From the sequence record OR539219.1: a stretch of 64,000 nucleotides of DNA, one strand, 5' to 3'. The stretch is from Escherichia phage vB-Eco-KMB39. Below the pieces are notes generated by a model. That model was not told the origin of the DNA. It searched no databases and worked only from the letters and a program-made list of their open reading frames with translations. Positions 47,620 to 58,585 of the stretch are shown piece by piece (position 1 is the first letter of the stretch; each line of letters opens with the position of its first letter). The translations under genes and the position numbers were made by a program.

Positions 47620-47631
47620 GGGCTTCGGCCC
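47620..47631 (+). terminator. UUCG-type hairpin after the HNH gene
   Basis: GGGC-TTCG-GCCC followed by TTTGG; weak. Confidence 0.3.
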
Positions 47632-47644
47632 TTTGGAGAAAAAG

Positions 47645-47875
47645 ATGTTACTAGAATTTAAACAATTTCTTTATGAAGCTTCTATTGATGAATTTATGGG
47701 TAAAATTGCCTCTTGTCAAACATTAGAAGGTTTAGAAGAACTTGAAGCTTATTATAAGAAAAGAGTTAAAGAAACTGAATTAAAAGATACTGATGACATC
47801 TCTGTGAGAGATGCTTTGGCAGGAAAAAGAGCTGAATTAGAAGATTCAGATGATGAAGTAGAAGAAAGCTTTTAA
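47645..47875 (+). CDS. uvsW.1: UvsW.1, small acidic helicase-associated protein
   Basis: Start moved from track 47633 to ATG 47645 (MLLEFKQFLYEA..., GGAGAAAAAG RBS); acidic C-terminus. Confidence 0.7.
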   Translation: MLLEFKQFLYEASIDEFMGKIASCQTLEGLEELEAYYKKRVKETELKDTDDISVRDALAGKRAELEDSDDEVEESF

Positions 47876-47930
47876 ATTAAAAAAGGCCCAACCAAAAAGG
47901 AAGGGCCAAAACTATAGACTAAAGGTCACA

Positions 47931-48098
47931 CTATAGCAAAAGTTGTGTTTCATTTAATTGTTCTTCCGAACTTTCTGAAACTGGTAGTTCTTTAATGTAA
48001 TTATAACAAGGCCCAGGATGTACAGGACCTTTGTCTGTTTCAACAACCAATGCAGAATCGATTGGAGTTTTACAGACAACACAAATCTTATCTGACAT
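47931..48098 (-). CDS. small zinc-ribbon protein, not in ORF track (55 aa)
   Basis: Hand translation MSDKICVVCKTPIDSALVVETDKGPVHPGPCYNY... with AGGAG RBS; CxxC plus second Cys; uvsY.-1-like position. Confidence 0.45.
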   Translation of the reverse strand: MSDKICVVCKTPIDSALVVETDKGPVHPGPCYNYIKELPVSESSEEQLNETQLLL

Positions 48099-48126
48099 GA
48101 TTGTCTCCTCTAAATTATATATCTAT

Positions 48127-48351
48127 TTATATAACTCTCATATGCATATCAATACCCATATCTTTAGAATAAAAATATTCATCAAGATATCCAGCAAATT
48201 TTCCTTTAATATAAAGGACATCTTCACCACACGGGTGGTCGGCCAGGATACGAATATCCTGACGCTTAAGATTATACTTTTTCATTAAGAATTGAATCTC
48301 AGTTTCAAATTCTTCTTCATAATTAAAAGCATCATCAATGCTATATCTCAT
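48127..48351 (-). CDS. hypothetical protein (uvsY.-2-like position)
   Basis: 74-aa ORF whose stop overlaps the uvsY start. Confidence 0.55.
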   Translation of the reverse strand: MRYSIDDAFNYEEEFETEIQFLMKKYNLKRQDIRILADHPCGEDVLYIKGKFAGYLDEYFYSKDMGIDMHMRVI

Positions 48352-48764
48352 TATTTTCCAGCCTCAAATGCTCGCATGTCTTGAATGTGCTTAATAGCAA
48401 ATCCACGTGATTTAATAGCATCAAGAGCTCCGCTACAGAAATCTAATAAAATCCCCCAATACTGTAACGAGGTATCAACCTTTAAAACATCCTTATCAGC
48501 TGATAGAACTGTCTTCATTTCTGATTTCTCGTAACGATCCATACTAAATTCATCACCATCTCCTCGTCCCGAGTAGTAGTCTAATTTAGCTTTAAGAGCA
48601 ACTTTCTTTTGCGCGTCAATTCTAAGCATTTCCTTTTTAATACTTGAATGCTTATTAAGCCATTTACTATATAACATCACATTATTAGCTGCTTCATACT
48701 GTAATTTAGTCGAATCTATAAACACATCTTTCTTCAATTCTTCTTGAAGATCTTCTAATCTCAT
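48351..48764 (-). CDS. uvsY: recombination mediator UvsY
   Basis: 137 aa MRLEDLQEELKKDVFIDSTKLQYEAANN..., recognised. Confidence 0.9.
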   Translation of the reverse strand: MRLEDLQEELKKDVFIDSTKLQYEAANNVMLYSKWLNKHSSIKKEMLRIDAQKKVALKAKLDYYSGRGDGDEFSMDRYEKSEMKTVLSADKDVLKVDTSLQYWGILLDFCSGALDAIKSRGFAIKHIQDMRAFEAGK

Positions 48765-48830
48765 ATTGTTCTCTATTCAATTGTTATTGGATGGACTTAG
48801 ATTCATTATACCACGTTTTAACGTGAAGCA

Positions 48831-49229
48831 TTATACTCTATTACTAGAAGCCAGTTGCAGTTTTATCTGCTCAATATCATCAGGGTTATCGATGACCGAA
48901 AAACGTATTTCTACTATCAGAGTATAATCATCATAAACGGGTATCACATTAACTGCTAATTTATCAATACGTGGCTCATAGTTTCTTACTGCGCTTTCGA
49001 TATTACGCTCAACTGTGTCAGCAGTAAGAGGAGTCATATTTTCAAAAAGCTGGTCTGATAAATCACATCCAAATTCAGGGTCAAACGGTCTTGAACCTTT
49101 TCTTGTTGTAATAATTCCCAAAAGACTGTTTTTAATTGACCTTAATCCAAGTGATCTGGAAACGTCTTTGTTCCAATCCATTTTCATTTCCGGGTCAATG
49201 TCAGAATAAAGCTTATTAATATTTGACAT
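48831..49229 (-). CDS. 25: baseplate wedge protein gp25
   Basis: 132 aa, GPW/gp25 family; synteny. Confidence 0.85.
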   Translation of the reverse strand: MSNINKLYSDIDPEMKMDWNKDVSRSLGLRSIKNSLLGIITTRKGSRPFDPEFGCDLSDQLFENMTPLTADTVERNIESAVRNYEPRIDKLAVNVIPVYDDYTLIVEIRFSVIDNPDDIEQIKLQLASSNRV

Positions 49230-49855
49230 TATAGTAACTCAAAGAACTCTTTGAGGCCTCTTATTACGTGAGCATGGGTTTTTCCACACTCTGGACACTT
49301 AATTGGAACAGCCAAATAAACAGTAGGCTTTAAAAGCATATCTTTTATAGCTACAATATCTGACTCTGTGATGATAGAATATAAATCTTCCAGTTCTTTT
49401 TCATTTAAGTCTTCAACTGGAATGCTTTCCCCGTTAGCATGAATCGTTTCTATACATGATACTATCATGTGGGCTATATTTTTATCATCAAAAATTTTAG
49501 GGTATCGGAATTTAATTTTAATGTCACCCAGTGTATACCAGAGGTCTTCTGGTGCATCTATTTGTGTATGTAATAGATTTATATGGGTTGGTATTTCAGT
49601 TCCACAGGTGCACTTCCAGGAGTTTTCGTGATTAACTTCACCGAGAGAATGTGCCCATAAATGAATCAACAATAGTTCTGATTCTTGGCGGTTTAAATCT
49701 TTTGCATTTGTGCAGTCTTTGATTAGCTTTTTAACAATTACTTCTACGGAACCATTATTTTTGGCAGTAATAAGTTCTAGATATTCTTTAAGCGTGAATG
49801 CGCGACAATTGATTATTTTAGAACCAACTCTCACATCAAATTTGTATTCATACAT
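49229..49855 (-). CDS. 26: baseplate hub protein gp26
   Basis: 208 aa; divergent from gene 51. Confidence 0.8.
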   Translation of the reverse strand: MYEYKFDVRVGSKIINCRAFTLKEYLELITAKNNGSVEVIVKKLIKDCTNAKDLNRQESELLLIHLWAHSLGEVNHENSWKCTCGTEIPTHINLLHTQIDAPEDLWYTLGDIKIKFRYPKIFDDKNIAHMIVSCIETIHANGESIPVEDLNEKELEDLYSIITESDIVAIKDMLLKPTVYLAVPIKCPECGKTHAHVIRGLKEFFELL

Positions 49856-49876
49856 ATTTAGCTCCTTTATTTATCA

Positions 49877-49884
49877 TATTTATA
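49877..49884 (-). promoter_or_regulatory. late promoter TATAAATA for genes 26/25
   Basis: TATAAATA on minus strand 22 nt upstream of the gene 26 ATG; overlaps the plus-strand motif by 4 nt. Confidence 0.5.
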
Positions 49885-49888
49885 AATA
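49881..49888 (+). promoter_or_regulatory. late promoter TATAAATA for gene 51
   Basis: Exact TATAAATA 18 nt upstream of the gene 51 ATG. Confidence 0.5.
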
Positions 49889-49905
49889 GAATAAAAGGAG
49901 CATCT

Positions 49906-50655
49906 ATGGCAAACATTATTCGTTGTAAATTACCAGATGGTGTTCATCGTTTTAAACCATTTACGGTAGAAGATTATCGAGATTTTTTGTTAGTTCGAAA
50001 CGATATAGAACATCGGTCACCACAAGAACAGAAAGAAATAATTACTGATTTAATTGATGATTATTTTGGAGACTATCCGAAGACTTGGCAACCATTTATA
50101 TTTTTGCAGGTATTTGTAGGGTCAATAGGTAAAACAAAAGTACCGGTCACATTTGTATGTCCAAAATGTAAAAAAGAAAAGACAGTTCCATTTGAAATAT
50201 ATCAAAAAGAATTAAAGGAACCTGTTTTTGATGTAGCTAATGTTAAAATTAAATTAAAGTTTCCTTCTGAGTTTTATGAAAATAAAGCAAAGATGATTAC
50301 TGAAAATATTCATTCTGTTCAAGTAGATGAAATATGGTATGATTGGAAGGAAATTAGTGAATCCAGTCAAATAGAACTTGTTGATGCCATCGAGATAGAA
50401 ACATTAGAAAAAATTCTCGATGCAATGAATCCTATTAATTTAACTCTACATATGTCATGCTGTAATAAGTACATTAAAAAATACACTGATATAGTAGACG
50501 TGTTTAAGCTATTAGTTAACCCAGATGAGATATTTACTTTTTATCAAATTAATCACACACTCGTAAAAAGTAATTATAGCTTAAATTCAATAATGAAAAT
50601 GATTCCTGCCGAGCGCGGATTCGTATTAAAACTGATTGAGAAGGATAAACAATAA
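49906..50655 (+). CDS. 51: baseplate hub assembly catalyst gp51
   Basis: 249 aa; synteny. Confidence 0.8.
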   Translation: MANIIRCKLPDGVHRFKPFTVEDYRDFLLVRNDIEHRSPQEQKEIITDLIDDYFGDYPKTWQPFIFLQVFVGSIGKTKVPVTFVCPKCKKEKTVPFEIYQKELKEPVFDVANVKIKLKFPSEFYENKAKMITENIHSVQVDEIWYDWKEISESSQIELVDAIEIETLEKILDAMNPINLTLHMSCCNKYIKKYTDIVDVFKLLVNPDEIFTFYQINHTLVKSNYSLNSIMKMIPAERGFVLKLIEKDKQ

Positions 50656-51827
50656 TGAGTATGTTGCAACGCCCCGGATATCCAAATCTCAGCGTTAAAT
50701 TATTTGATAGCTACGACGCTTGGAGTAATAATAGATTTGTTGAATTAGCTGCTACTATTACTACATTAACTATGCGGGATTCTCTTTATGGCCGAAATGA
50801 AGGAATGCTGCAGTTTTATGATTCTAAAAACATCCATACAAAAATGGATGGAAATGAAATAATTCAGATTTCTGTAGCTAATGCAAATGATATTAATAAT
50901 GTTAAAACACGAATTTATGGATGTAAGCATTTTTCCGTGTCAGTAGATTCAAAAGGTGATAACATCATTGCTATTGAATTGGGAACTATTCATTCTATAG
51001 AAAATCTTAAATTTGGTAGACCATTTTTCCCTGATGCGGGTGAATCAATAAAAGAAATGCTTGGTGTCATTTATCAAGACCGTACACTATTAACTCCAGC
51101 AATAAATGCTATAAATGCTTATGTTCCTGATATTCCATGGACTAGCACATTTGAAAACTATTTGTCATATGTAAGAGAAGTTGCTCTAGCTGTAGGAAGT
51201 GACAAATTTGTATTTGTGTGGCAAGACATCATGGGAGTTAACATGATGGACTATGATATGATGATAAACCAAGAACCATATCCAATGATTGTCGGCGAGC
51301 CATCTTTAATAGGTCAATTCATCCAAGAATTAAAATACCCATTAGCATATGATTTCGTTTGGTTGACTAAATCGAATCCTCACAAACGTGACCCAATGAA
51401 AAATGCTACTATCTATGCTCATTCATTTTTAGATTCTTCATTGCCAATGATTACTACGGGAAAGGGCGAAAACTCTATTGTAGTGTCAAGGTCAGGTGCT
51501 TATTCTGAAATGACTTATAGGAATGGTTATGAAGAAGCTATTCGTCTTCAAACTATGGCACAATATGACGGCTATGCTAAATGTTCTACTGTTGGTAATT
51601 TTAACTTGACTCCTGGTGTTAAAATTATTTTTAATGATAGTAAAAACCAATTTAAAACAGAATTTTACGTTGATGAAGTTATCCATGAATTATCCAATAA
51701 TAACTCAGTAACTCATCTATATATGTTCACTAATGCAACGAAACTGGAAACAATAGACCCAGTTAAGGTTAAAAATGAATTTAAATCTGATACTACCACT
51801 GAAGAAAGTAGTTCTTCCAATAAGTAA
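50655..51827 (+). CDS. 27: baseplate hub protein gp27
   Basis: 390 aa; synteny. Confidence 0.85.
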   Translation: MSMLQRPGYPNLSVKLFDSYDAWSNNRFVELAATITTLTMRDSLYGRNEGMLQFYDSKNIHTKMDGNEIIQISVANANDINNVKTRIYGCKHFSVSVDSKGDNIIAIELGTIHSIENLKFGRPFFPDAGESIKEMLGVIYQDRTLLTPAINAINAYVPDIPWTSTFENYLSYVREVALAVGSDKFVFVWQDIMGVNMMDYDMMINQEPYPMIVGEPSLIGQFIQELKYPLAYDFVWLTKSNPHKRDPMKNATIYAHSFLDSSLPMITTGKGENSIVVSRSGAYSEMTYRNGYEEAIRLQTMAQYDGYAKCSTVGNFNLTPGVKIIFNDSKNQFKTEFYVDEVIHELSNNNSVTHLYMFTNATKLETIDPVKVKNEFKSDTTTEESSSSNK

Positions 51828-52308
51828 TAAAGAAGTTTCTATTCCTAAAATGGGTCTTAAACATTATAACATTTTAAAAGATGTTAAAGGCCCTGATGAA
51901 AATTTAAAACTTCTTATTGATTCTATTTGTCCGAATTTGTCACCAGCAGAAGTTGATTTCGTTTCTATTCATTTATTGGAATTTAATGGAAAGATTAAAT
52001 CTCGTAAAGAAATAGATGGTTATACTTATGACATTAATGATGTTTATGTGTGCCAAAGATTAGAATTTCAATACCAAGGAAATACATTTTATTTTAGACC
52101 TCCTGGAAAATTTGAACAATTTTTAACGGTGAGCGATATGTTATCTAAATGCTTACTTAAGGTCAACGATGAAGTTAAAGAAATTAATTTTCTTGAGATG
52201 CCAGCATTCGTTTTAAAATGGGCAAATGATATTTTTACAACTTTAGCAATTCCTGGCCCTAATGGTCCAATAACTGGAATTGGCAATATTATTGGATTAT
52301 TTGAATGA
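51775..52308 (+). CDS. 28: baseplate hub distal protein gp28
   Basis: 177 aa; ATG lies inside the 3' end of gene 27. Confidence 0.75.
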   Translation: MNLNLILPLKKVVLPISNKEVSIPKMGLKHYNILKDVKGPDENLKLLIDSICPNLSPAEVDFVSIHLLEFNGKIKSRKEIDGYTYDINDVYVCQRLEFQYQGNTFYFRPPGKFEQFLTVSDMLSKCLLKVNDEVKEINFLEMPAFVLKWANDIFTTLAIPGPNGPITGIGNIIGLFE

Positions 52309-54077
52309 AAAAGCCACAAGAAATGCAAACGATGCGTAGAAAAGTTATTTCAGATAATAAACCAACACAGGAAGCGGCTAAATCCGCTTCTAACACTTTA
52401 TCTGGACTTAATGATATATCTACGAAATTGGATGATGCTCAAGCTGCTTCTGAATTAATAGCTCAAACTGTCGAAGAAAAATCGAATGAAATAGTTGGAG
52501 CAATTGGTAACGTAGAAAGCGCAGTGAGTGATACTACTGCCGGTTCTGAGTTAATTGCTGAAACTGTCGAAATTGGCAACAATATTAATAAAGAAATCGG
52601 TGAATCACTCGGAAGCAAATTAGATAAATTAACAAGTTTACTGGAACAAAAAATTCAGACAGCTGGAATTCAGCAAACTGGAACGAGTTTAGCTACGGTT
52701 GAAAGCGCTATTCCCGTTAAAGTCGTTGAGGATGGTACTGCTGAATCTGTGGGTCCTTTATTACCAGCTCCTGAAGCAGTTAATAATGATCCTGACGCTG
52801 ATTTTTTCCCTACCCCTCAGCCAGTTGAGCCAAAGCAAGAATCACCAGAAGAAAAACAGAAAAAAGAAGCATTTAACTTAAAATTATCTCAAGCTTTAGA
52901 TAAATTAACAAAGACAGTTGATTTTGGATTTAAGAAATCCATTTCAATTACTGATAAAATATCAAGCATGCTATTTAAGTATACCGTCAGTGCTGCTATT
53001 GAAGCTGCTAAAATGACTGCAATGATATTGGCTGTTGTTGTTGGAATAGACCTGTTGATGGTTCATTTTAAATACTGGTCAGATAAATTTTCAAAAGCCT
53101 GGGATTTATTTAATACTGACTTTACTAAATTCTCTAGCGAAACCGGAACATGGGGTCCTTTATTACAGAGCATCTTTGATTCTATTGATAAAATTAAACA
53201 ACTTTGGGAAGCGGGAGATTGGGGTGGATTGACAGCAGCTATTGTTGAAGGACTCGGAAGTGTTCTTTTTAATTTAGGTGAACTTATTCAATTAGGTATG
53301 GCTAAATTATCTGCAGCAATTCTTCGAGTCATTCCTGGTATGAAGGATACTGCTGATGAAGTAGAAGGAAGAGCATTAGAAAATTTCCAAAATTCTACTG
53401 GAGCATCTCTCAATAAAGAAGACCAGGAAAAAGTTGCAAATTATCAAGATAAACGAATGAATGGAGACCTTGGTCCGATAGCAAAAGGATTAGATAAAAT
53501 TGCTAATTGGAAAACTCGTGCATCTAATTGGATTCGTGGGGTTGATAATAAAGAAGCACTAACTACCGACGAAGAACGCGCAGCAGAAGAAGAAAAATTA
53601 AAGCAACTTTCACCTGAAGAAAGAAAAAATGCTTTAATGAAGGCTAATGAAGCCCGTGCCGCAATGATTCGCTTTGAAAAATATGCTGATTCAGCTGATA
53701 TGAGTAAAGACTCAACGGTTAAATCAGTTGAAGCTGCCTATGAAGACCTTAAAAAACGGATGGATGACCCGGATTTAAATAATTCGCCGGCAGTTAAAAA
53801 AGAACTTGCTGCTAGATTTTCTAAAATTGATGCTACTTATCAAGAGCTCAAGAAAAATCAGCCTAATGCCAAACCTGAAACTTCTGCTAAATCGCCAGAA
53901 GCAAAACAAGTCCAGGTAATAGAAAAGAACAAAGCACAGCAAGCTCCTGTTCAACAAGCATCTCCTTCAATCAATAATACTAATAATGTTATTAAGAAAA
54001 ATACTGTCGTTCATAATATGACACCCGTAACGAGCACGACTGCTCCTGGTGTATTTGATGCGACTGGAGTTAATTAA
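52305..54077 (+). CDS. 29: baseplate hub / tail length determinator gp29
   Basis: 590 aa, long helical tape-measure-like protein. Confidence 0.85.
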   Translation: MKKPQEMQTMRRKVISDNKPTQEAAKSASNTLSGLNDISTKLDDAQAASELIAQTVEEKSNEIVGAIGNVESAVSDTTAGSELIAETVEIGNNINKEIGESLGSKLDKLTSLLEQKIQTAGIQQTGTSLATVESAIPVKVVEDGTAESVGPLLPAPEAVNNDPDADFFPTPQPVEPKQESPEEKQKKEAFNLKLSQALDKLTKTVDFGFKKSISITDKISSMLFKYTVSAAIEAAKMTAMILAVVVGIDLLMVHFKYWSDKFSKAWDLFNTDFTKFSSETGTWGPLLQSIFDSIDKIKQLWEAGDWGGLTAAIVEGLGSVLFNLGELIQLGMAKLSAAILRVIPGMKDTADEVEGRALENFQNSTGASLNKEDQEKVANYQDKRMNGDLGPIAKGLDKIANWKTRASNWIRGVDNKEALTTDEERAAEEEKLKQLSPEERKNALMKANEARAAMIRFEKYADSADMSKDSTVKSVEAAYEDLKKRMDDPDLNNSPAVKKELAARFSKIDATYQELKKNQPNAKPETSAKSPEAKQVQVIEKNKAQQAPVQQASPSINNTNNVIKKNTVVHNMTPVTSTTAPGVFDATGVN

Positions 54078-54085
54078 GGAATAAT

Positions 54086-55180
54086 ATGGCAATTGTTAAA
54101 GAAATAACTGCTGATTTAATTAAAAAGTCCGGTGAGAAAATTTCAGCCGGACAGAGTACTAAATCAGAAGTAGGAACTAAAACATACACTGCCCAGTTTC
54201 CAACTGGGCGTGCTAGTGGTAATGACACTACAGGGGACTTCCAGGTAACAGATCTATATAAGAATGGATTATTATTTACTGCATACAATATGTCATCTAG
54301 GGATTCTGGAAGTCTTAGATCGATGAGATCTAACTACTCTTCTTCATCTTCGAGTATTTTACGTACAGCCAGAAACACTATTAGTAGTACAGTATCAAAA
54401 CTATCAAATGGATTAATATCAGATAATAATTCAGGAACAATAAGTAAAGCTCCTATCGCAAACATTCTTTTACCGAGATCTAAATCTGATGTTGATACAT
54501 CATCACACAGATTTAATGATGTTCAAGAAAGCCTTATCAGTAGAGGCGGAGGTACTGCTACTGGTGTGCTAAGTAATATTGCTTCAACCGCAGTATTTGG
54601 GGCGCTGGAAAGTATAACACAAGGTATAATGGCTGATAATAATGAACAGATTTATACGACAGCCAGAAGTATGTATGGTGGTGCTGAAAATAGAACTAAA
54701 GTGTTTACATGGGATTTGACTCCACGTTCAACAGAAGATTTAATGGCTATTATTAATATCTATCAATATTTTAACTATTTTTCTTATGGTGAAACGGGTA
54801 AATCTCAATATGCTGCTGAAATAAAGGGGTATTTAGATGATTGGTATCGTTCTACGTTAATTGAACCTTTATCTCCGGAAGACGCAGCTAAAAATAAAAC
54901 ACTATTTGAGAAAATGACATCGAGTTTAACTAACGTTCTAGTGGTTTCAAACCCGACAATTTGGATGGTGAAAAACTTTGGTGCAACATCTAAGTTTGAT
55001 GGAAAAACGGAAATATTTGGTCCATGTCAAATACAGAGTATCAGATTTGATAAAACACCTAATGGTAACTTTAACGGATTAGCTATTGCTCCAAACCTCC
55101 CTAGTACATTTACTCTTGAGATTACTATGAGAGAAATTATCACGTTAAACCGTGCTTCTTTATATGCGGGGACTTTTTAA
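54086..55180 (+). CDS. 48: baseplate tail-tube cap gp48
   Basis: 364 aa; synteny. Confidence 0.85.
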   Translation: MAIVKEITADLIKKSGEKISAGQSTKSEVGTKTYTAQFPTGRASGNDTTGDFQVTDLYKNGLLFTAYNMSSRDSGSLRSMRSNYSSSSSSILRTARNTISSTVSKLSNGLISDNNSGTISKAPIANILLPRSKSDVDTSSHRFNDVQESLISRGGGTATGVLSNIASTAVFGALESITQGIMADNNEQIYTTARSMYGGAENRTKVFTWDLTPRSTEDLMAIINIYQYFNYFSYGETGKSQYAAEIKGYLDDWYRSTLIEPLSPEDAAKNKTLFEKMTSSLTNVLVVSNPTIWMVKNFGATSKFDGKTEIFGPCQIQSIRFDKTPNGNFNGLAIAPNLPSTFTLEITMREIITLNRASLYAGTF

Positions 55181-56145
55181 TGTATTCTTTAGAGGAATTT
55201 AATAATCAAGCAATAAACGCAGATTTCCAACGTAATAATATGTTTAGCTGCGTTTTTGCGACAACTCCATCAACTAAAAGCTCTTCGTTGATAAGTTCAA
55301 TTAGCAACTTTTCTTATAATAACTTGGGTCTAAATTCAGATTGGTTAGGATTGACTCAAGGCGATATTAATCAGGGAATTACCGCGCTAATTACAGCTGG
55401 CACACAAAAACTGATAAGAAAATCAGGAGTTAGTAAATATCTTATTGGTGCCATGAGTCAACGTACAGTTCAAAGTTTATTAGGCTCATTTACAGTTGGT
55501 ACATATTTAATTGACTTCTTTAACATGGCATATAACTCATCTGGATTGATGATATATTCTGTAAAAATGCCAGAGAATAGATTATCCTATGAAACTGACT
55601 GGAACTATAATTCTCCTAATATTCGTATAACTGGGAGAGAATTAGACCCTTTGGTTATTTCATTTAGAATGGATTCAGAAGCTTGTAACTATCGTGCAAT
55701 GCAAGACTGGGTTAACGCTGTTCAAGACCCAGTAACTGGACTGCGTGCTTTGCCACAAGATGTCGAGGCAGATATTCAGGTTAATCTTCATTCTCGCAAT
55801 GGATTACCTCATACTGCGGTAATGTTCACCGGATGCATTCCAATGTCAGTGAGCGCTCCTGAATTATCATATGATGGAGATAACCAAATAACTACATTTG
55901 ATGTTACTTTTGCGTATAGAGTCATGCAGGCTGGAGCAGTTGATAGGCAAGCTGCGCTTGAATGGCTTGAATCTGCTGCTATAAATGGTATTCAAAGCGT
56001 TCTCGGAAATAGTGGAGGTGTTACTGGACTATCTAATTCGCTTTCACGACTCAGTAGATTAGGTGGAACTGCAGGAAGCATTTCAAACATTAATACTATG
56101 ACAGGAATTGTCAATTCGCAAAGTAAAATATTAGGAGCAATATAA
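55180..56145 (+). CDS. 54: baseplate tail-tube initiator gp54
   Basis: 321 aa; synteny. Confidence 0.85.
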   Translation: MYSLEEFNNQAINADFQRNNMFSCVFATTPSTKSSSLISSISNFSYNNLGLNSDWLGLTQGDINQGITALITAGTQKLIRKSGVSKYLIGAMSQRTVQSLLGSFTVGTYLIDFFNMAYNSSGLMIYSVKMPENRLSYETDWNYNSPNIRITGRELDPLVISFRMDSEACNYRAMQDWVNAVQDPVTGLRALPQDVEADIQVNLHSRNGLPHTAVMFTGCIPMSVSAPELSYDGDNQITTFDVTFAYRVMQAGAVDRQAALEWLESAAINGIQSVLGNSGGVTGLSNSLSRLSRLGGTAGSISNINTMTGIVNSQSKILGAI

Positions 56146-56149
56146 CAAT

Positions 56150-56167
56150 GGGGACCTTTCGGTCCCC
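56150..56167. terminator. bidirectional terminator between gene 54 and the convergent minus-strand genes
   Basis: GGGGACC-TTTC-GGTCCCC followed by ATATTTTTATTTA. Confidence 0.5.
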
Positions 56168-56173
56168 ATATTT

Positions 56174-56464
56174 TTATTTACGGAATGAAATGAAAGCAGC
56201 AACTGAAGCAACTAAACTGTCTTCAATATAAACTTCAATTTTTACCGGAGCTTCTGACTCAAATTTACCTGTTACTACACCCTGAAAAATACTTTCAGTC
56301 TGTTTTGGCTTTGAAAAATTTTCAGAAGGAAAAATTCCGAACTTTTTATCTGTTCCAAAAATTTTGATAAATTCATCGTAAACTGCTTCATTAAAAGCGT
56401 TATCAGCAGGAATAACGCCTTCAACTACAAGTTCTTGACCTAAAAAGCGCAAAGAAGATTTCAT
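56174..56464 (-). CDS. hypothetical protein
   Basis: 96-aa ORF with GAGGA RBS and an early-type promoter upstream. Confidence 0.55.
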   Translation of the reverse strand: MKSSLRFLGQELVVEGVIPADNAFNEAVYDEFIKIFGTDKKFGIFPSENFSKPKQTESIFQGVVTGKFESEAPVKIEVYIEDSLVASVAAFISFRK

Positions 56465-56495
56465 TTTGTGTTCCTCATGTTATGTCAGTAAGACT

Positions 56496-56525
56496 ACTAT
56501 AACACAACATAAGGAACTTGTAAAC
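56496..56525 (-). promoter_or_regulatory. T4-early-type promoter candidate (GTTTAC-N18-TGtTATAGT)
   Basis: Minus strand GTTTAC (plus 56520-56525) overlapping the Alt-like stop; extended -10 at plus 56496-56501. Confidence 0.4.
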
Positions 56526-58582
56526 TACATTTTGAACTTTTTAGACATTCCGTTGATGTTAACCAAAGAAGCCAAGATTTGAGAAACTTCGTTTTCCTCT
56601 TCTTTTGATTCTTCTACAAGAAATTGATTAAATCCAGCCATTGGACGAACTTCACCAGTTTCCATTAGATGGTCTCCATCATATACTGATTCTTCTAATT
56701 GTTCAGAAGGAGGAACGATTGTACCTTCAATTAGATACTTGTTATAAGCAGTTTCTTTCATAAAGTACGTACTTACTTTATTAATCTTCAGTAAAATTCC
56801 ACGCGGTAGAATAACTTCAGCTTCTGATGGAAATCCTGATAAATGACCTGGAACGATAACTTTGATTCGCTCAGCTCCTTTAATTACCATACCCACGCTA
56901 GTTTCAGCATCTTCATTAGCATATGTAGAATGACTACCCATATGCATCAAATCTTCTGCATCAACGGAATCTTCTCCTTCACCGGAAAATACTGCGCCGG
57001 AATCATCTAGAGCCATATAGTTTTTACCATGCTCACCGAAGATATTTGGTTTAAGCGATGTGGATACGAAGTTCTTGAAATAAAACATTTTATTTTCAAT
57101 GTTATGACGCAAAGTTTTAAAGGTAACTTCTTGTCCACGGTAAAGCGTAGTTCCTGGAGGAAGAACTGAACCTTTAGCGAATGCAGAATCCAACGTCTCG
57201 ATGTGCTTAATAGCACGTTCCATATATTCTTCACGGGTAGAATCTGGTTTACCCAAAAGGAACGAGTTCATTTCAACATATGAATCTGCACAATAATCTT
57301 CAATTACATCAGACTCAGCCTGAGTCAGTCCTTTTGGAGTTACTTCAGTGCTTGCGTATTCATATGCCTGAGCAGCAGATTCATTAATCAATTTATAAAT
57401 GCCATTCATGACAAATTGAATAATAGCTGTCTTTTCATCTGGCGTAGCTTTAGAACCTTTAACCAAATCATTGATAATTTTCTTAATAACATCAAAGCTA
57501 TTAGAAATATTAATGTCAGCAAGATCGCTTAAAATTTTATCGGTTTTATAATCAAAGAATTCTTTATTCTTTAAATATTCTTGAGAACCTTGATATGTTA
57601 TATCGCTCTGCAGCTTGATAGATGGATCACGTAAACGCGCATGGGCCAATGCGATATGATTTCGGAAGTTTTCTAGTTCATAATCGCTAGATTTAAAACG
57701 AGAAGCACTCCTCATACCACCAATAGCTCCTTTGCTGAAGTTTGAACCAATCTGGATAACGCCAGAGTTCATTGGTCCTTCTGCTTTATATACCGGAACT
57801 TTAGATTCAAACTCTTGATATTTCTTGGCAGCGAAGCTATCACCCTGAAGTGAAGCATCAACAGTAGAATATTGAGCTTGTGCTGCTAATCGACGACTGA
57901 TTTTAGTTTTCTGAATAACAGCTTGGTCCGTGCGTTTATCATTTTCTAAAGCAATAGAAGCAGCAACAGCGACAGCTTTAGGAACAGCATTTCCTGTTTT
58001 AACGTCTACATAAACATCACCGACCTTTGATTCAACTTTTGTGAATAACTCAGTTGAAATAGGAGGTACACCTGGAATGTCTTCTAAATTGGCATTTTTA
58101 CGGTAAACCATAATATATGCATACTTTTTATCATAGTCCCAGATTTCCTTTAAAAGAACATATCGACCTGCTCCTTTAGTACGTACTAAACGGTCAGCAA
58201 TAACTTGCATTTGACGAGCTGCGCCATTTGTTTTACTCTTTAGTACACGGAATAAGCACGCGTCAATTTTGTACTGCTTCATTGTTTGAAGAGCAGTATC
58301 AAAAACAGCATTAATGACGCCAATTGGATTTCCACCCAAGTTTCTAAGCTTAACCAGCGATAATTTCTCGTTGACACCTATCATTACGATATGCATCATT
58401 TTATCGCCTAGTTTAACGTTTTTATTTGTATCACCACCAGAGGTGTATGTACAAAATCTAAATCCAGGAAGCACGCTTTCTTCGCCGGCTTGGATAGCAA
58501 AAATTTGAGGTATTTTATGCTTAGGATTTAAGTTAACAACCGGCGCCGAAGCGCCGTCAAATAATTCTGTAATAAGTTCCAT
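56525..58582 (-). CDS. Alt-like ADP-ribosyltransferase, paralogue A
   Basis: 685 aa; N-terminal ~230 aa closely match the upstream paralogue; C-terminal R...STS...ExE motifs (YRGQ, FVSTSL, SEAEV); AGGA RBS. Confidence 0.8.
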   Translation of the reverse strand: MELITELFDGASAPVVNLNPKHKIPQIFAIQAGEESVLPGFRFCTYTSGGDTNKNVKLGDKMMHIVMIGVNEKLSLVKLRNLGGNPIGVINAVFDTALQTMKQYKIDACLFRVLKSKTNGAARQMQVIADRLVRTKGAGRYVLLKEIWDYDKKYAYIMVYRKNANLEDIPGVPPISTELFTKVESKVGDVYVDVKTGNAVPKAVAVAASIALENDKRTDQAVIQKTKISRRLAAQAQYSTVDASLQGDSFAAKKYQEFESKVPVYKAEGPMNSGVIQIGSNFSKGAIGGMRSASRFKSSDYELENFRNHIALAHARLRDPSIKLQSDITYQGSQEYLKNKEFFDYKTDKILSDLADINISNSFDVIKKIINDLVKGSKATPDEKTAIIQFVMNGIYKLINESAAQAYEYASTEVTPKGLTQAESDVIEDYCADSYVEMNSFLLGKPDSTREEYMERAIKHIETLDSAFAKGSVLPPGTTLYRGQEVTFKTLRHNIENKMFYFKNFVSTSLKPNIFGEHGKNYMALDDSGAVFSGEGEDSVDAEDLMHMGSHSTYANEDAETSVGMVIKGAERIKVIVPGHLSGFPSEAEVILPRGILLKINKVSTYFMKETAYNKYLIEGTIVPPSEQLEESVYDGDHLMETGEVRPMAGFNQFLVEESKEEENEVSQILASLVNINGMSKKFKM

Positions 58583-58585
58583 GAT

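Noticed and set aside
48031-48288. 85-aa plus-strand ORF
   Set aside because: Antisense to the uvsY-upstream minus-strand ORFs; A/T-rich low-complexity translation, no RBS
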